Positions 29,646 through 39,774 of a stretch of DNA of 64,000 bases are shown one piece after another. Source of the DNA: an uncultured Candidatus Actinomarina sp. (lineage in GTDB: Bacteria > Actinomycetota > Acidimicrobiia > Actinomarinales > Actinomarinaceae); NCBI GenBank assembly GCA_902634185.1, contig CACPJC010000001.1, positions 1-64,000 of the forward strand, given 5' to 3'. A model generated the notes under the pieces. It made no database searches, had not been told where the DNA came from, and was given only the letters and a program-made list of their open reading frames with translations. How positions within the stretch are numbered: the stretch's first letter is position 1; each line of letters begins with the position of its first letter. The position numbers and the translations under genes are program-made.

Positions 29646-30831
29646 AAGAAAATTCGTGTCCGTTTAAATCTACTATATCCCCTTTCTTAATTCCTTGATT
29701 TATTAATTCTTGAGATATGGAAGACTTTTCAAATCGGTATGATATCTCATTTAATATTTCATGAGAATTTCCTTTAAGATTAGTAATTTTTTCTGCTTTT
29801 CTTCCTCTAATTTTCCAAATATTTTCATCCGCTTCAATGTTGAATTCATCAGCTTCAACAAAAATCTTCTCATAGCTTTTGTTCACCCTATTAAGTTCTC
29901 TAAATGAGATTTCATCAAGTTGCTGAAGCAATTCATTTATTCCTTCTTCAGTAACAGTAGAAATGTTTAAATAGTTTTTTTCAGTCTTATCTAAATCTGA
30001 TTTATTAACTACTTTTAAATTTTTAATATTTCTAAATTCTGGATTATATGTTTCAATTTCATTTTCTAATAGCTTAATTTGTTCTTCAATGTTGTATTCG
30101 GAATTATCTGGATCTAGAAGAAAAATAATGAATTTTGTATTTTTTAGATGTCTAAGTACTGATTTACCTAAACCTGTTCCCTCAGCTGCTCCCTCAATGA
30201 GACCAGGTAGGTCACAGATTGTAACTATTTCTTTATTATTCTCATATACTCCAAGACTTGGACTGACTGTTGTGAATGGATAGCTGTCGATTTTAGAATT
30301 TGAATTTGTTATTGTCTGGATTAAAGAACTCTTACCAGCATTTGGTAGTCCAATTAAAGCTACATCAGTTAAAAGACTTAACTCGAGATCTAAAGTAATT
30401 TTTCTTCTTTTTTCACCAGATTCACATATTTCTGGGTTTGGATTTCTTTTTGATATTAAATCTTTATTGCCTCTACCGCCCATTCCACCTTGACATATTT
30501 TGTATTCAACTTTTTCATCAATTATTTCAGCTAACAATTCTCCATCCGAGATAATAGATGTCCCAATAGGTATTTTTAAATACATATCTTTTCCATTGGG
30601 ACCATTTTGTAAATTTTTTGACGCATCTCCGCCGTTTTCTGCTTTAAATGATCCTTTTGACTTCAAGTTTGAGTAATCAAATACTCCAGAATCAGAAACA
30701 AAAATAATTGATCCACCGTTACCGCCATTTGCACCATTTGGAGAGGTTTTACTACTCTTAGAACTAAAACTTACAGAGCCTGAACCGCCACTACCTGATA
30801 ACAGATTAATTTGAATTGTGTCAACAAACAT
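29638..30831 (-). CDS. obgE: Obg family GTPase (divergent N-terminal domain)
   Basis: Gly-rich N-terminus, GLPNAGKS, YPFTT, DLPG, NKSD; follows rpmA. Confidence 0.93.
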   Translation of the reverse strand: MFVDTIQINLLSGSGGSGSVSFSSKSSKTSPNGANGGNGGSIIFVSDSGVFDYSNLKSKGSFKAENGGDASKNLQNGPNGKDMYLKIPIGTSIISDGELLAEIIDEKVEYKICQGGMGGRGNKDLISKRNPNPEICESGEKRRKITLDLELSLLTDVALIGLPNAGKSSLIQTITNSNSKIDSYPFTTVSPSLGVYENNKEIVTICDLPGLIEGAAEGTGLGKSVLRHLKNTKFIIFLLDPDNSEYNIEEQIKLLENEIETYNPEFRNIKNLKVVNKSDLDKTEKNYLNISTVTEEGINELLQQLDEISFRELNRVNKSYEKIFVEADEFNIEADENIWKIRGRKAEKITNLKGNSHEILNEISYRFEKSSISQELINQGIKKGDIVDLNGHEFSYE

Positions 30832-30835
30832 GACA

Positions 30836-31084
30836 TTACGGGATTATATTTACTAGTTTTCTTCCGTTTCGGGTTGAATATTTTACGGTTCCATTTACTT
30901 TGGCATAAAGAGTATCATCTCCACCTTTTTGCACATTGTTTCCTGGATGAATTTTTGTTCCTCTTTGCCTAACAACGATAGAACCAGCAGAGATTTTTTG
31001 GCCATCAAAAACCTTTGTACCAAGTCGTTTAGACTCTGAATCTCTTCCGTTCCTAGTTGAACCACCTGCTTTTGTTTTTGACAT
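30836..31084 (-). CDS. rpmA: 50S ribosomal protein L27
   Basis: [21 protein letters not shown]. Confidence 0.98.
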   Translation of the reverse strand: MSKTKAGGSTRNGRDSESKRLGTKVFDGQKISAGSIVVRQRGTKIHPGNNVQKGGDDTLYAKVNGTVKYSTRNGRKLVNIIP

Positions 31085-31411
31085 TTATTCTTCTTCCTCA
31101 CCTTTACCGGTTGAGATTGATTTTACTTTTACAATTTTTATATCTTCACGATATCCTAATTTTCTTCTTATTCCAGATTTGTTTTTATAGGTAAAGATAT
31201 TTAGTTTCTTAGACTTTTTTTCATCCAAAAGTTCAAAATTAACAGAATACTTTGAAAGCTTTTTTTCGTCTGTTATCAATGAGCCTTTTCTAGCACTCAT
31301 TAGTATTGGTGTTTTAGATTCTATTTTAAAGTTAGCTGGCACAGTTAAAACATCACCAACACTTACCTTCTCTTGAGAAGATCCTATTTTTACAACTGCA
31401 TATTTACTCAT
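31085..31411 (-). CDS. rplU: 50S ribosomal protein L21
   Basis: YAVVKIG..Q.KV..GD, YKNKSG.RRKLG; upstream of rpmA. Confidence 0.92.
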   Translation of the reverse strand: MSKYAVVKIGSSQEKVSVGDVLTVPANFKIESKTPILMSARKGSLITDEKKLSKYSVNFELLDEKKSKKLNIFTYKNKSGIRRKLGYREDIKIVKVKSISTGKGEEEE

Positions 31412-31418
31412 GACTCAA

Positions 31419-32888
31419 TTACTCTACTACGGCTTCAGATTCAAGTAAATCAGTATCAACTGAATTATTGGAAAATATGTCACCAATGATTAGCCCTCTA
31501 CCATTACATTCTTCACATTCATCAGAAAAGCTTTCAATAAGTCCTGCTGAAACATTTTTTCTAGTCATTTCAACTAACCCTAATCTAGAAATATCAAATA
31601 CTTGTGTTCTAGTTTTATCCTTCGCTAATTCCTGTTTGAATTTGCTGAGGAGTTCTTGTTGTCTCTTCTGTGTTTCCATATCAATAAAATCAATAACAAT
31701 TATTCCACCAATATCTCTGAGTCTTAATTGTCTTGCAATCTCTTCAGCTGCTTCAAGGTTATTTTCAAAAACAGTTTGCTCAAGACTGTCTTTACCAACA
31801 AACTTTCCTGTATTCACATCAATAACTGTTAGCGCCTCTGTTCTATCAATAATTAAATGACCGCCGGATGGAAGCCATACCTTCCTATCTAGGGCTTTCT
31901 TAATTTGATCTTCGATATGATATCTTTCAAAAAGATCTAGATCATCAGAGTATTTCTCAACTATTTCATTGAGTTCAGGTGAAGTATCTGAAATATAGCT
32001 CTTTATGTCATCAAATTTTTCATTATTTTCAATCAATAATTTTTTAAAGTTTGAGCTCAAATGTTCTCTTATAACTTTTATTGATATATCTGGTTCTTCA
32101 TGGATTAAAACTGGAGAACTACCAGAGTCTTTTGAAGAAGTCTTTTCCCATTCACTTATTAATTTATCTATATCGTTCTTAAGTGATTCTTCGCTTACTC
32201 CCTCAGCTGCAGTCCTAACAATTACACCAAATCCTTCTGGCTTAATTTTTCGTATTATTTTATCTAATCTATTGCGTTCCTCATCCGGCAATCTTCTTGA
32301 TATACCTTTTGTGTTTGAATTAGGAATTAGCACTAAATATCTACCGGGAAATGAAATTTGTCCGGTTAATCTTGCACCTTTTTCACCCATTGCATCTTTT
32401 ACAACTTGAACTAAAATCTCTTGTTCTTGCTTTAAAAGATTCTCTATTTTTGAATTACGCTTTGCATTAGATACATCTGCGACATATAACACACCATTTT
32501 TCTCTTCACCTATAGATACAAATGCAGCTTCCATCCCAGGAAGTATATTTTTAACCTTTCCAAGATAAATATTTCCAACAAGGGATTTTGACTTTGCCTC
32601 AGCTGTATAATATTCAACTAATGTTGCTCCTTCCAAAATTGCAATCTTAGAGGAACCGCCTTTAAAACTTATAAGCATTTGTTTTTTATCGACAAAAGGG
32701 ACTGGTAAAGGAGTCTCTCTAAACCAAGTTTGACGATTAGATTTTCTGTAATCTTCTCTTTTATTTCTGGACTTTGAAGTACCAGATTTAATTTTTACTT
32801 TTTGTCCGTTATACCATTTTGTTTCGGTATTACTAAACTTATCTTCGCTCTTTCGTACTACCTTCGATTTTTTGAAAATACCAAACAT
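31419..32888 (-). CDS. rne: Ribonuclease E/G family
   Basis: S1 domain GNIYLGKV, LPSGG, TEALTVIDVNTG, DFIDM, CxxC Zn-link; GGAGG RBS before ATG at 32888. Confidence 0.94.
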   Translation of the reverse strand: MFGIFKKSKVVRKSEDKFSNTETKWYNGQKVKIKSGTSKSRNKREDYRKSNRQTWFRETPLPVPFVDKKQMLISFKGGSSKIAILEGATLVEYYTAEAKSKSLVGNIYLGKVKNILPGMEAAFVSIGEEKNGVLYVADVSNAKRNSKIENLLKQEQEILVQVVKDAMGEKGARLTGQISFPGRYLVLIPNSNTKGISRRLPDEERNRLDKIIRKIKPEGFGVIVRTAAEGVSEESLKNDIDKLISEWEKTSSKDSGSSPVLIHEEPDISIKVIREHLSSNFKKLLIENNEKFDDIKSYISDTSPELNEIVEKYSDDLDLFERYHIEDQIKKALDRKVWLPSGGHLIIDRTEALTVIDVNTGKFVGKDSLEQTVFENNLEAAEEIARQLRLRDIGGIIVIDFIDMETQKRQQELLSKFKQELAKDKTRTQVFDISRLGLVEMTRKNVSAGLIESFSDECEECNGRGLIIGDIFSNNSVDTDLLESEAVVE

Positions 32889-32960
32889 TAAAACCTCCAT
32901 AATTATGATGTGAAAATATACTTAAAAACTTCATAATCAGAGAATAATACGCTTTAAATA

Positions 32961-34061
32961 TTAAATTGTGATGTTATTTTCTATAAATATTCTGTTTGTA
33001 ATCCCAAAAATTACAGCTATTGAGACCATAGATGATCCTCCTAAGCTTAACAAAGGAAAGGGTAAGCCAGTAACAGGGATTAAGCCAACGACAGTTGATA
33101 TATTTATAATTATTTGAAAAGATAGTAGTGCAATAAATCCAGCAATCACAAACTTGTCAAAATCTGAGTCAGAGACTGTCAAGATTCTTCTAAGCCTACT
33201 AAATAATAAACCCCAGAGAGCAAGTAAGAATAAAATTCCAAAAAAACCAAAATTGTACGCGTATGCTGCAAAGATAAAATCTGTTGTCTCAACTGGAACA
33301 AATATTTTTTCAATATTTTCGGCTGCAAAATATTGTCCAAATAGTCCACCACTAGAAATTAATAGACGACTTTGAGATTGAGAGAAATCAAGCTCAGCAG
33401 AAAAAAACTCATTCAAGCGGCTGATTTGGTATTGAGTGACAATGTTTATATTGTCAACTCTTGACCCTATTTCTAAAAATATAAAAAATAGAGATACTCC
33501 TGTTAATAAAAGGAGTGACATATATCGTAACTTTATATTTGATAGAAGCAACATTGATAAAAAGACAAAAGAAATAATTAAAGCAGTTCCTAAATCTGGC
33601 TGAAAGTTTATAAGAAGTACTGTTCCAAATATTAAAGCTATCAAAATTCCTTTATTTAAGTTTCTTGAAAGGTAGTTAGCAACAAAAATAACAATGATTA
33701 CTTTTGCAAATTCAGATGGCTGTATGTCAATTGGACCAAGATCGAACCATCTACGTACTCCTAATCTTGGTTGTGTGAAATATAAAGAACCTAATAAACC
33801 TACAACTATAAAAAATAAAATATTGGCATAAGTTTGTAGATTATCAATTGATAAATATGTAAGGAGAAAAAATACAATAATTGAGGCTACTGAAAAAACT
33901 ACTTGTCTAGTCAAAATATTATCTACATCAAATTCAAGACCTTCAAAATCTGTAAGTGTATAAAGAGTAAACCATGATATAAATATAAAAAAAAGGAATA
34001 TCAATAAAATAAATATGTTTGTTCCCTGAGGTCCTAAAAGAGTAATTTTTCTTGTATTCAT
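32961..34061 (-). CDS. rodA: SEDS peptidoglycan polymerase RodA
   Basis: QPSEFAK, QPDLGT, TDFIF, PVTGLPFPLLSLGGSS; follows PBP2. Confidence 0.93.
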   Translation of the reverse strand: MNTRKITLLGPQGTNIFILLIFLFFIFISWFTLYTLTDFEGLEFDVDNILTRQVVFSVASIIVFFLLTYLSIDNLQTYANILFFIVVGLLGSLYFTQPRLGVRRWFDLGPIDIQPSEFAKVIIVIFVANYLSRNLNKGILIALIFGTVLLINFQPDLGTALIISFVFLSMLLLSNIKLRYMSLLLLTGVSLFFIFLEIGSRVDNINIVTQYQISRLNEFFSAELDFSQSQSRLLISSGGLFGQYFAAENIEKIFVPVETTDFIFAAYAYNFGFFGILFLLALWGLLFSRLRRILTVSDSDFDKFVIAGFIALLSFQIIINISTVVGLIPVTGLPFPLLSLGGSSMVSIAVIFGITNRIFIENNITI

Positions 34062-35896
34062 TCGGTAATCTCTCCATATCTTACAGGAGTTAGTTCACTG
34101 CCTATTAAATGTTGAATTATTCTTCTACTAATTGGTGCTGCGATTGCACTTCCTGAACCCCCCTCTTCTACTACGGTGACAACAACATGCTGAGGATTGC
34201 TAACAGAGTCAATACCAACAAACCAAGAAGTATTATTTTTTTCTCCTGGATTTTGAGCAGTACCTGTCTTCCCACCAACATCACTTGCTTTTCTTCCCAT
34301 TACTTCAAATGCTGCATATGCCGTTCCATTTTTGTTTGTTACCAAATTTAAATCATTTTTTAAAAAATCAATAAATTCGTCAGACACATTGTATTTTCTT
34401 AACTTAAAGTTATCAGAAGCTTCAAGATTGAGATAAGGACTAGATGAAGTTGAGGTAAGTAATGTTTTATAGGCATTTGCTACTTGAATAGGTGTCACAG
34501 TTATTGCACCCTGACCAATAATTAAGTTCATAAGGTCACCACCCAGCCACCCCTCGGGTCTAACTAAATCAGGACGTGAGACTGTCCATTCTTCAAAAAC
34601 TTCTCTATCAGGTATTATTCCATTTCTCTCAAACGGAAGATCTATATTTGTGAGTTCACCAAAACCTAGGTCTTTTGCATAATTTTGTAAGATGGATTCA
34701 TTTTGTGTACCTTCATAGGTTCTCCAGATATTTAGCGCTATGTCCCAAAAATATACATTGCATGATTGTTGCATCGCCGAACTTAAATTTACTCTTCCAT
34801 GACCGTCTTCTTTCCAGTCTTGATAAACCTGTTGAGAACCATCATCAAATCCAAATGATAAACTTCCCTTGCAATCGACTCTTCCTCTCCTTGAATTTAA
34901 GCCTTCTGGAAAAAGTCCTTCATTTTCTGCTAGCCAATAGGATACAACTTTAAATACCGAACCAGGTGGATAGAGGCCCTGAATAGCAAAATTATTAAAT
35001 GCTTGTACACGATTAAGTTGTTCGAAATCTTGATTTGAAATTCCATCAATGAACTGATTTGGATTGAAATCTGGTAAAGATACCATGGAAACTATTGCAC
35101 CTGTATTTACATCAATAACAATTGATGCACTTCTAATCACTTCATCCTTTGTATCTTCATTTTCATTTGCAAGTTCTATTCCTTGTAAAAGAGATTCTTT
35201 TACGACCTTTTGGGTTTCAATATTTAGTGATATAGATATATCATTACCTTTTTGTGGAGGTGTGAACTCTAATATTTCACTTTCCTTAAAAATAATTTCC
35301 CCTGGAATACCGGTTAATGTATTTTCGTAATATTTTTCAAGACCGTTTTTACCAACTTGTAATGAATTTTTGGTATGTGGAAATTCTTCAAAATCATCAG
35401 AGGTAGGCTTTCCAACATATCCAATAACATGAGATGTTAAATTGTCATAATTATATTTTCTGATTGGAAAATCAAAGATTTCAAATGCATCCAGCTCTAA
35501 AAGTTTCTGTCGCTCAAGTGCAGAAAAGGTAGATATATTTCCAACAATTTCAAGATTATTCCTGTTTATAAATAGTTTGTTAAAGTCATCTTGATCTAAA
35601 TCAGGAAAATTATATTGTATAAACTGTTCATAAATCTCAATATTATTGTCATCAATTTTCCTTAAATTTAGAAAAAGATGAGGTTCCATAGAAGAAGTCG
35701 CTAATCTTTCATTTTGGTCATCAAAAATATCTCCTCTTGGTGCTGTTATATAAAATGTATCAGTAGTTTGGTTGTCTATTGCACTTAATGCCGTATCCCT
35801 TGATAAAACTTGTAAATCAAAAAGAAAAGAAACTATGTATATAAAGAAACCAATTAAAAATAGTGCAAAGAGGTTATATCTTTTGTTTAAGAACAT
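34058..35896 (-). CDS. mrdA: Penicillin-binding protein 2
   Basis: PRG.I.D, SVFK, SCN, KTGTAQ. Confidence 0.93.
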   Translation of the reverse strand: MFLNKRYNLFALFLIGFFIYIVSFLFDLQVLSRDTALSAIDNQTTDTFYITAPRGDIFDDQNERLATSSMEPHLFLNLRKIDDNNIEIYEQFIQYNFPDLDQDDFNKLFINRNNLEIVGNISTFSALERQKLLELDAFEIFDFPIRKYNYDNLTSHVIGYVGKPTSDDFEEFPHTKNSLQVGKNGLEKYYENTLTGIPGEIIFKESEILEFTPPQKGNDISISLNIETQKVVKESLLQGIELANENEDTKDEVIRSASIVIDVNTGAIVSMVSLPDFNPNQFIDGISNQDFEQLNRVQAFNNFAIQGLYPPGSVFKVVSYWLAENEGLFPEGLNSRRGRVDCKGSLSFGFDDGSQQVYQDWKEDGHGRVNLSSAMQQSCNVYFWDIALNIWRTYEGTQNESILQNYAKDLGFGELTNIDLPFERNGIIPDREVFEEWTVSRPDLVRPEGWLGGDLMNLIIGQGAITVTPIQVANAYKTLLTSTSSSPYLNLEASDNFKLRKYNVSDEFIDFLKNDLNLVTNKNGTAYAAFEVMGRKASDVGGKTGTAQNPGEKNNTSWFVGIDSVSNPQHVVVTVVEEGGSGSAIAAPISRRIIQHLIGSELTPVRYGEITE

Positions 35897-36344
35897 TTTT
35901 ACCTATGGTAATGTTCAAAATTCTAAATAAAAAGTAATTGACCAAAGATGAAATCAATATTTGATATAAAAACTCAGGGTTTAGATATTCCAATGAATAT
36001 GTAAATTTATAAATAAAGATTCCTACCGTGAATGTAGCAAGGTCTAGATATGTATTATTTTGTTGGTTTGCAACTATGAAGTTCATCAAAATAATTGTTA
36101 TTAAAAATTTAGCACTTGAAAATCCTAGAAAATTTGAAGAATATAGTGCGTCGTAATAAATACCAGCAACCAAAAATACAGATATGTAAAAATTAGAAAA
36201 TCTTCGAGTTGAAATTACAAACATTCCAATGAAAAATGGCATTATTAAAAAATAATCAAAATTTAAAATTGTATTAATTAATAACTCGATAAACAAGAAG
36301 AAAACAAAAGCAATTATTGACAGTAGATTTCTAAGGTAAATCAT
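35874..36344 (-). CDS. mreD: Rod shape-determining protein MreD (divergent)
   Basis: Small multi-TM protein, AGIYYD....LG pattern, between mreC and mrdA. Confidence 0.75.
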   Translation of the reverse strand: MIYLRNLLSIIAFVFFLFIELLINTILNFDYFLIMPFFIGMFVISTRRFSNFYISVFLVAGIYYDALYSSNFLGFSSAKFLITIILMNFIVANQQNNTYLDLATFTVGIFIYKFTYSLEYLNPEFLYQILISSLVNYFLFRILNITIGKNVLKQKI

Positions 36345-37134
36345 TGGTCTTAACTATATATATATCAGTAAAGGAAAAACTTATTTCTTCTATATCTATA
36401 TTTGTAGATATTTTATTATCATCAACTGTGATTTTTGCATCTGAAAGAGATACAATGGGGAATCTTCCTGGCTGATCAAATATAGAAGCCGTAAATATGA
36501 AGTCAATATTTGCGGTTAATTCATTTACTGATGTTGTGTATACCGACAATTGGCTTCCATTGTTTTGTATTAAATATTCATTTCCAAACCTATCTAAACC
36601 TGGCATTGAAAAATCGACATCGTTTAAAAAAACAATTTCAGAGTGATTTTGAAAAATTTTATCTACGAATCCGACTACAAAGCCCTCTTCATTGATAACA
36701 ATGTCGTTCTTTTCAAAGTTTTTATCATAACCTCCTGATACGAGATATTTATTTTCATTATTTTTAATGAATGCTGTAGTTTTTATATAAAAATAATTTG
36801 TGGAATCAACAGATTCGATAAGATTTTTGTTAGCATCTAATTCCTCTTTCAAGAGATCATTTTCTATTTTCAGTTTTCTTAACTCTAAAACTTCATTCTT
36901 TAGACGTATGTTTTCATTTATCAAATTATTTCTTGTTTGGAACAATTCAGTATCAAAAAATTCCAAATAATCTGGAAAATTTACGCTTGAAGGAATCAGA
37001 AAATTCATTCTTTTTGATATAGTTGAGGATATTTCTTGGTTTGAAAAAAAGTCCAGAACCATGATAGAAAAGGAAAACAATATAAAAATAACGTAAATAA
37101 TGTAATTTCTTACTCTTAGATTGCCATCTTTCAT
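36331..37134 (-). CDS. mreC: Rod shape-determining protein MreC (divergent)
   Basis: TM plus coiled coil (ENIRLK, ENDLLK) plus VINEEGFVVG; follows mreB. Confidence 0.82.
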   Translation of the reverse strand: MKDGNLRVRNYIIYVIFILFSFSIMVLDFFSNQEISSTISKRMNFLIPSSVNFPDYLEFFDTELFQTRNNLINENIRLKNEVLELRKLKIENDLLKEELDANKNLIESVDSTNYFYIKTTAFIKNNENKYLVSGGYDKNFEKNDIVINEEGFVVGFVDKIFQNHSEIVFLNDVDFSMPGLDRFGNEYLIQNNGSQLSVYTTSVNELTANIDFIFTASIFDQPGRFPIVSLSDAKITVDDNKISTNIDIEEISFSFTDIYIVKTNDLP

Positions 37135-37136
37135 AT

Positions 37137-38180
37137 TTAGTTAGGTTTTGGAGATGATTTGAGTACGGAATTGTAATCATCAAATCTCTCTAAACATATA
37201 CCTGAACCAACAACGACTGTACTTAATGGATCTTCTGTCATATTAATTGGAATACCAAGTTCTTCTGCTATCTTCCTGTCCAATTGCTTTAAGAGAGAGC
37301 CTCCCCCAGTTAACCATGCACCATATTTATCTATATCTGAAACTAACGCAGGTGGAGTTTGCGAAAGAGACATTCTTACTGCCTCAATAATATCTTGAAC
37401 CACTGGACTCAGTGCATTTCTGACATCTGAGGCCTCTAATAGAACTTGTTTTGGGACACCTTTTACAATATCTCGACCCGTTACTGTAACTTGTGGCTCT
37501 TTGTCGTATTGATAAGCAGATCCGATTGCATGCTTTAGAGATTCTGCAATTCCCTCATCTACCAACATAGAATGTTCTGTTCTTAACCACTCAATGAGTC
37601 TATCAGTCATATCCTCTCCACCAACTCTTACCGAGTTAGCATTTACTATGTCACCCATTGAAATAACAGCAATTTCTGTTGTTCCTCCACCAATGTCAAT
37701 TACCATATTTCCAAAAGGTTCATAAATTTGTAGACCTGCACCTATTGCAGCTGCCATTGGCTCTTCAACGGTATAAACTTCAGACGCACCTGTAGCGTGA
37801 GCAGCAGTTTCTATGGATCTTTGTTCAACGCTGGTAACACCATTTGGAACACACATAACAATTCTTGGTCTTGAATAGGACCTTCCTATTGCTCGTGTTA
37901 GTAAGGTTTTTACAAGTTCTTCTGCCATTTCGATTTCTGAAATCACACCATCTCTTAGAGGTTTAATTAATTTTATTGAATCGGGGACCCGACCCACTAA
38001 GTTTTTTGCCTCTTCACCAACAGTAAGGATTGAGCCATCCTCTTTATTTACAGCAATCAACGTAGGTTCATCAACCATCACTCCAACGCCTTTGACGTAT
38101 ATCAAAGTGTTGGCAGTTCCTAGATCAATAGCAATATCGTTGCCACCAAAAAGCGATCTTCTTAAATTAATTCCAGCCAT
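37137..38180 (-). CDS. mreB: Actin-like MreB
   Basis: IDLGTANT, PLRDGVI, EPMAAAIGAG, DIGGGTTE, LTGGG. Confidence 0.98.
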   Translation of the reverse strand: MAGINLRRSLFGGNDIAIDLGTANTLIYVKGVGVMVDEPTLIAVNKEDGSILTVGEEAKNLVGRVPDSIKLIKPLRDGVISEIEMAEELVKTLLTRAIGRSYSRPRIVMCVPNGVTSVEQRSIETAAHATGASEVYTVEEPMAAAIGAGLQIYEPFGNMVIDIGGGTTEIAVISMGDIVNANSVRVGGEDMTDRLIEWLRTEHSMLVDEGIAESLKHAIGSAYQYDKEPQVTVTGRDIVKGVPKQVLLEASDVRNALSPVVQDIIEAVRMSLSQTPPALVSDIDKYGAWLTGGGSLLKQLDRKIAEELGIPINMTEDPLSTVVVGSGICLERFDDYNSVLKSSPKPN

Positions 38181-38224
38181 GTATATCTAGATTAATAGAC
38201 TGAATAATCAAATTAAATAGAAAT

Positions 38225-38623
38225 TTAATTGTTAAAGAAAAGGCCTAATTCTCTCTCAGCACTCTCTTCTGAATCAGAACCATGCACTACATTTTCTTCT
38301 AGTTTGGTAGCAAAATCTGCTCTTATTGTGCCAGGGTCTGCGTCAGCTGGATTTGTGGCGCCCATTATTCTACGAACTTCACTTACAGCATTTTCACCTT
38401 CAACTTCCATGGCTACAACTGGGCCACTTGTTATGAAGGAAACTAAATCTTGGAAGAAAGGTTTATCTTTGTGTTCACCATAGTGTTGCTCAGCAAGCTC
38501 TGTAGTTATAGTCATCATTTTCATTTTTGTTATTTTAAATCCCTCTTGCTCAACGCGGTCAATTACTTGTCCAACAATATTTCTTTTTACACCATCTGGT
38601 TTTACCATAAAGAAAGTTTTCAT
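38225..38623 (-). CDS. ndk: Nucleoside-diphosphate kinase
   Basis: KPDGV, PGTIR, NVVHGSDS. Confidence 0.98.
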   Translation of the reverse strand: MKTFFMVKPDGVKRNIVGQVIDRVEQEGFKITKMKMMTITTELAEQHYGEHKDKPFFQDLVSFITSGPVVAMEVEGENAVSEVRRIMGATNPADADPGTIRADFATKLEENVVHGSDSEESAERELGLFFNN

Positions 38624-39774
38624 GAATATTCCTTTTTGTATTTACCAACTAAATATAAACTTCCCGTCAATATAGATGGATTCTTTGAAGTATAAAAATC
38701 ACCGATAGTTGCTACCTTATAGGTAAGTCCATTTTCATTAAAGCATTTCTCAAAATCTGATGTTTTAGTTTGTTCAAAGAATGAATCATTTTCAATAAGA
38801 TAAATTTGATTAAATTTCTTTATAAAAATTTTATTCATAAATTCGATAATATTTTTTCCCTTTTTCATTCCAATGTATATATCAAAATCACCTGTTGTAT
38901 GGTTCTCCTCTATAAAACTAACTAATGTCTCTAAGCTTGAAGAATTATGGGCTCCATCAATAATTTTTAAGGGGTTTTTTGAGACTTCTTCAAACCTCCC
39001 TGGAACTTTGGGATAGCTTTCTACAGTACTGGTTTTGTCTTCATCAAAATTTGTAATGATTGATTCAAATATTTTTAATGCTGTTCCAAAATTAAGATTC
39101 ATCTTGTTTTGGCTTTCTAAATCATTCAAATATATATCTTTATCAGTTAAATCAAACTTATCATGCACATAAGTTTTATGAACTTCATATAAATTAGGAT
39201 CACCAAAAATAATACGTTTTGGATTGTCTGATATTTGGATTTTTTGATAGAAAATCTCTTCTAACGATTCACCTAACAAATCCATATGGTCGTAATTAAC
39301 GTTAGTAATACAGACTGTATCTACATTTAGTATCGAGGTCGTGTCATATAATCCACCAATACCTGCCTCCACAATAAAATAATCAGCTTTACTTTCTAAA
39401 AATAATTTACAACTTGTAAGAAAAAGTGTCTCGAAATATGCTAGTTCCATGTTATTTTCAGATTCAAATTGTTTTAAATCATCCGTGTACAATGAAATCT
39501 TTTCATCTGAAATTATTTCATTGTTTATCTTTATTCGCTCATTTACGTCAACCAAATGAGGAGAAGTAAATAAAACAGATGAGATATCATTTTTTGTGAA
39601 AATTTCATTTAAATAAAATGCGGAGGATGTTTTGCCATTAGTACCAACAATAGATATTGACTTTTCCTTTAAAATTTGAAGTTCATTACTTTCGAAAAAA
39701 GAAGCTAGGACTTCTAAATTTTTATTTCTTTTTCCTATTTTTGAATTTAGATATATCTTGAATTCATCAGACAC
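38620..39774 (-). CDS. folC: Folylpolyglutamate synthase/dihydrofolate synthase
   Basis: GTNGKTS, FTSPHL...NERI, EAGIGG..DTT, PGRFE, DGAHN, TGSLYLVG. Confidence 0.93.
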   Translation of the reverse strand: MSDEFKIYLNSKIGKRNKNLEVLASFFESNELQILKEKSISIVGTNGKTSSAFYLNEIFTKNDISSVLFTSPHLVDVNERIKINNEIISDEKISLYTDDLKQFESENNMELAYFETLFLTSCKLFLESKADYFIVEAGIGGLYDTTSILNVDTVCITNVNYDHMDLLGESLEEIFYQKIQISDNPKRIIFGDPNLYEVHKTYVHDKFDLTDKDIYLNDLESQNKMNLNFGTALKIFESIITNFDEDKTSTVESYPKVPGRFEEVSKNPLKIIDGAHNSSSLETLVSFIEENHTTGDFDIYIGMKKGKNIIEFMNKIFIKKFNQIYLIENDSFFEQTKTSDFEKCFNENGLTYKVATIGDFYTSKNPSILTGSLYLVGKYKKEYS

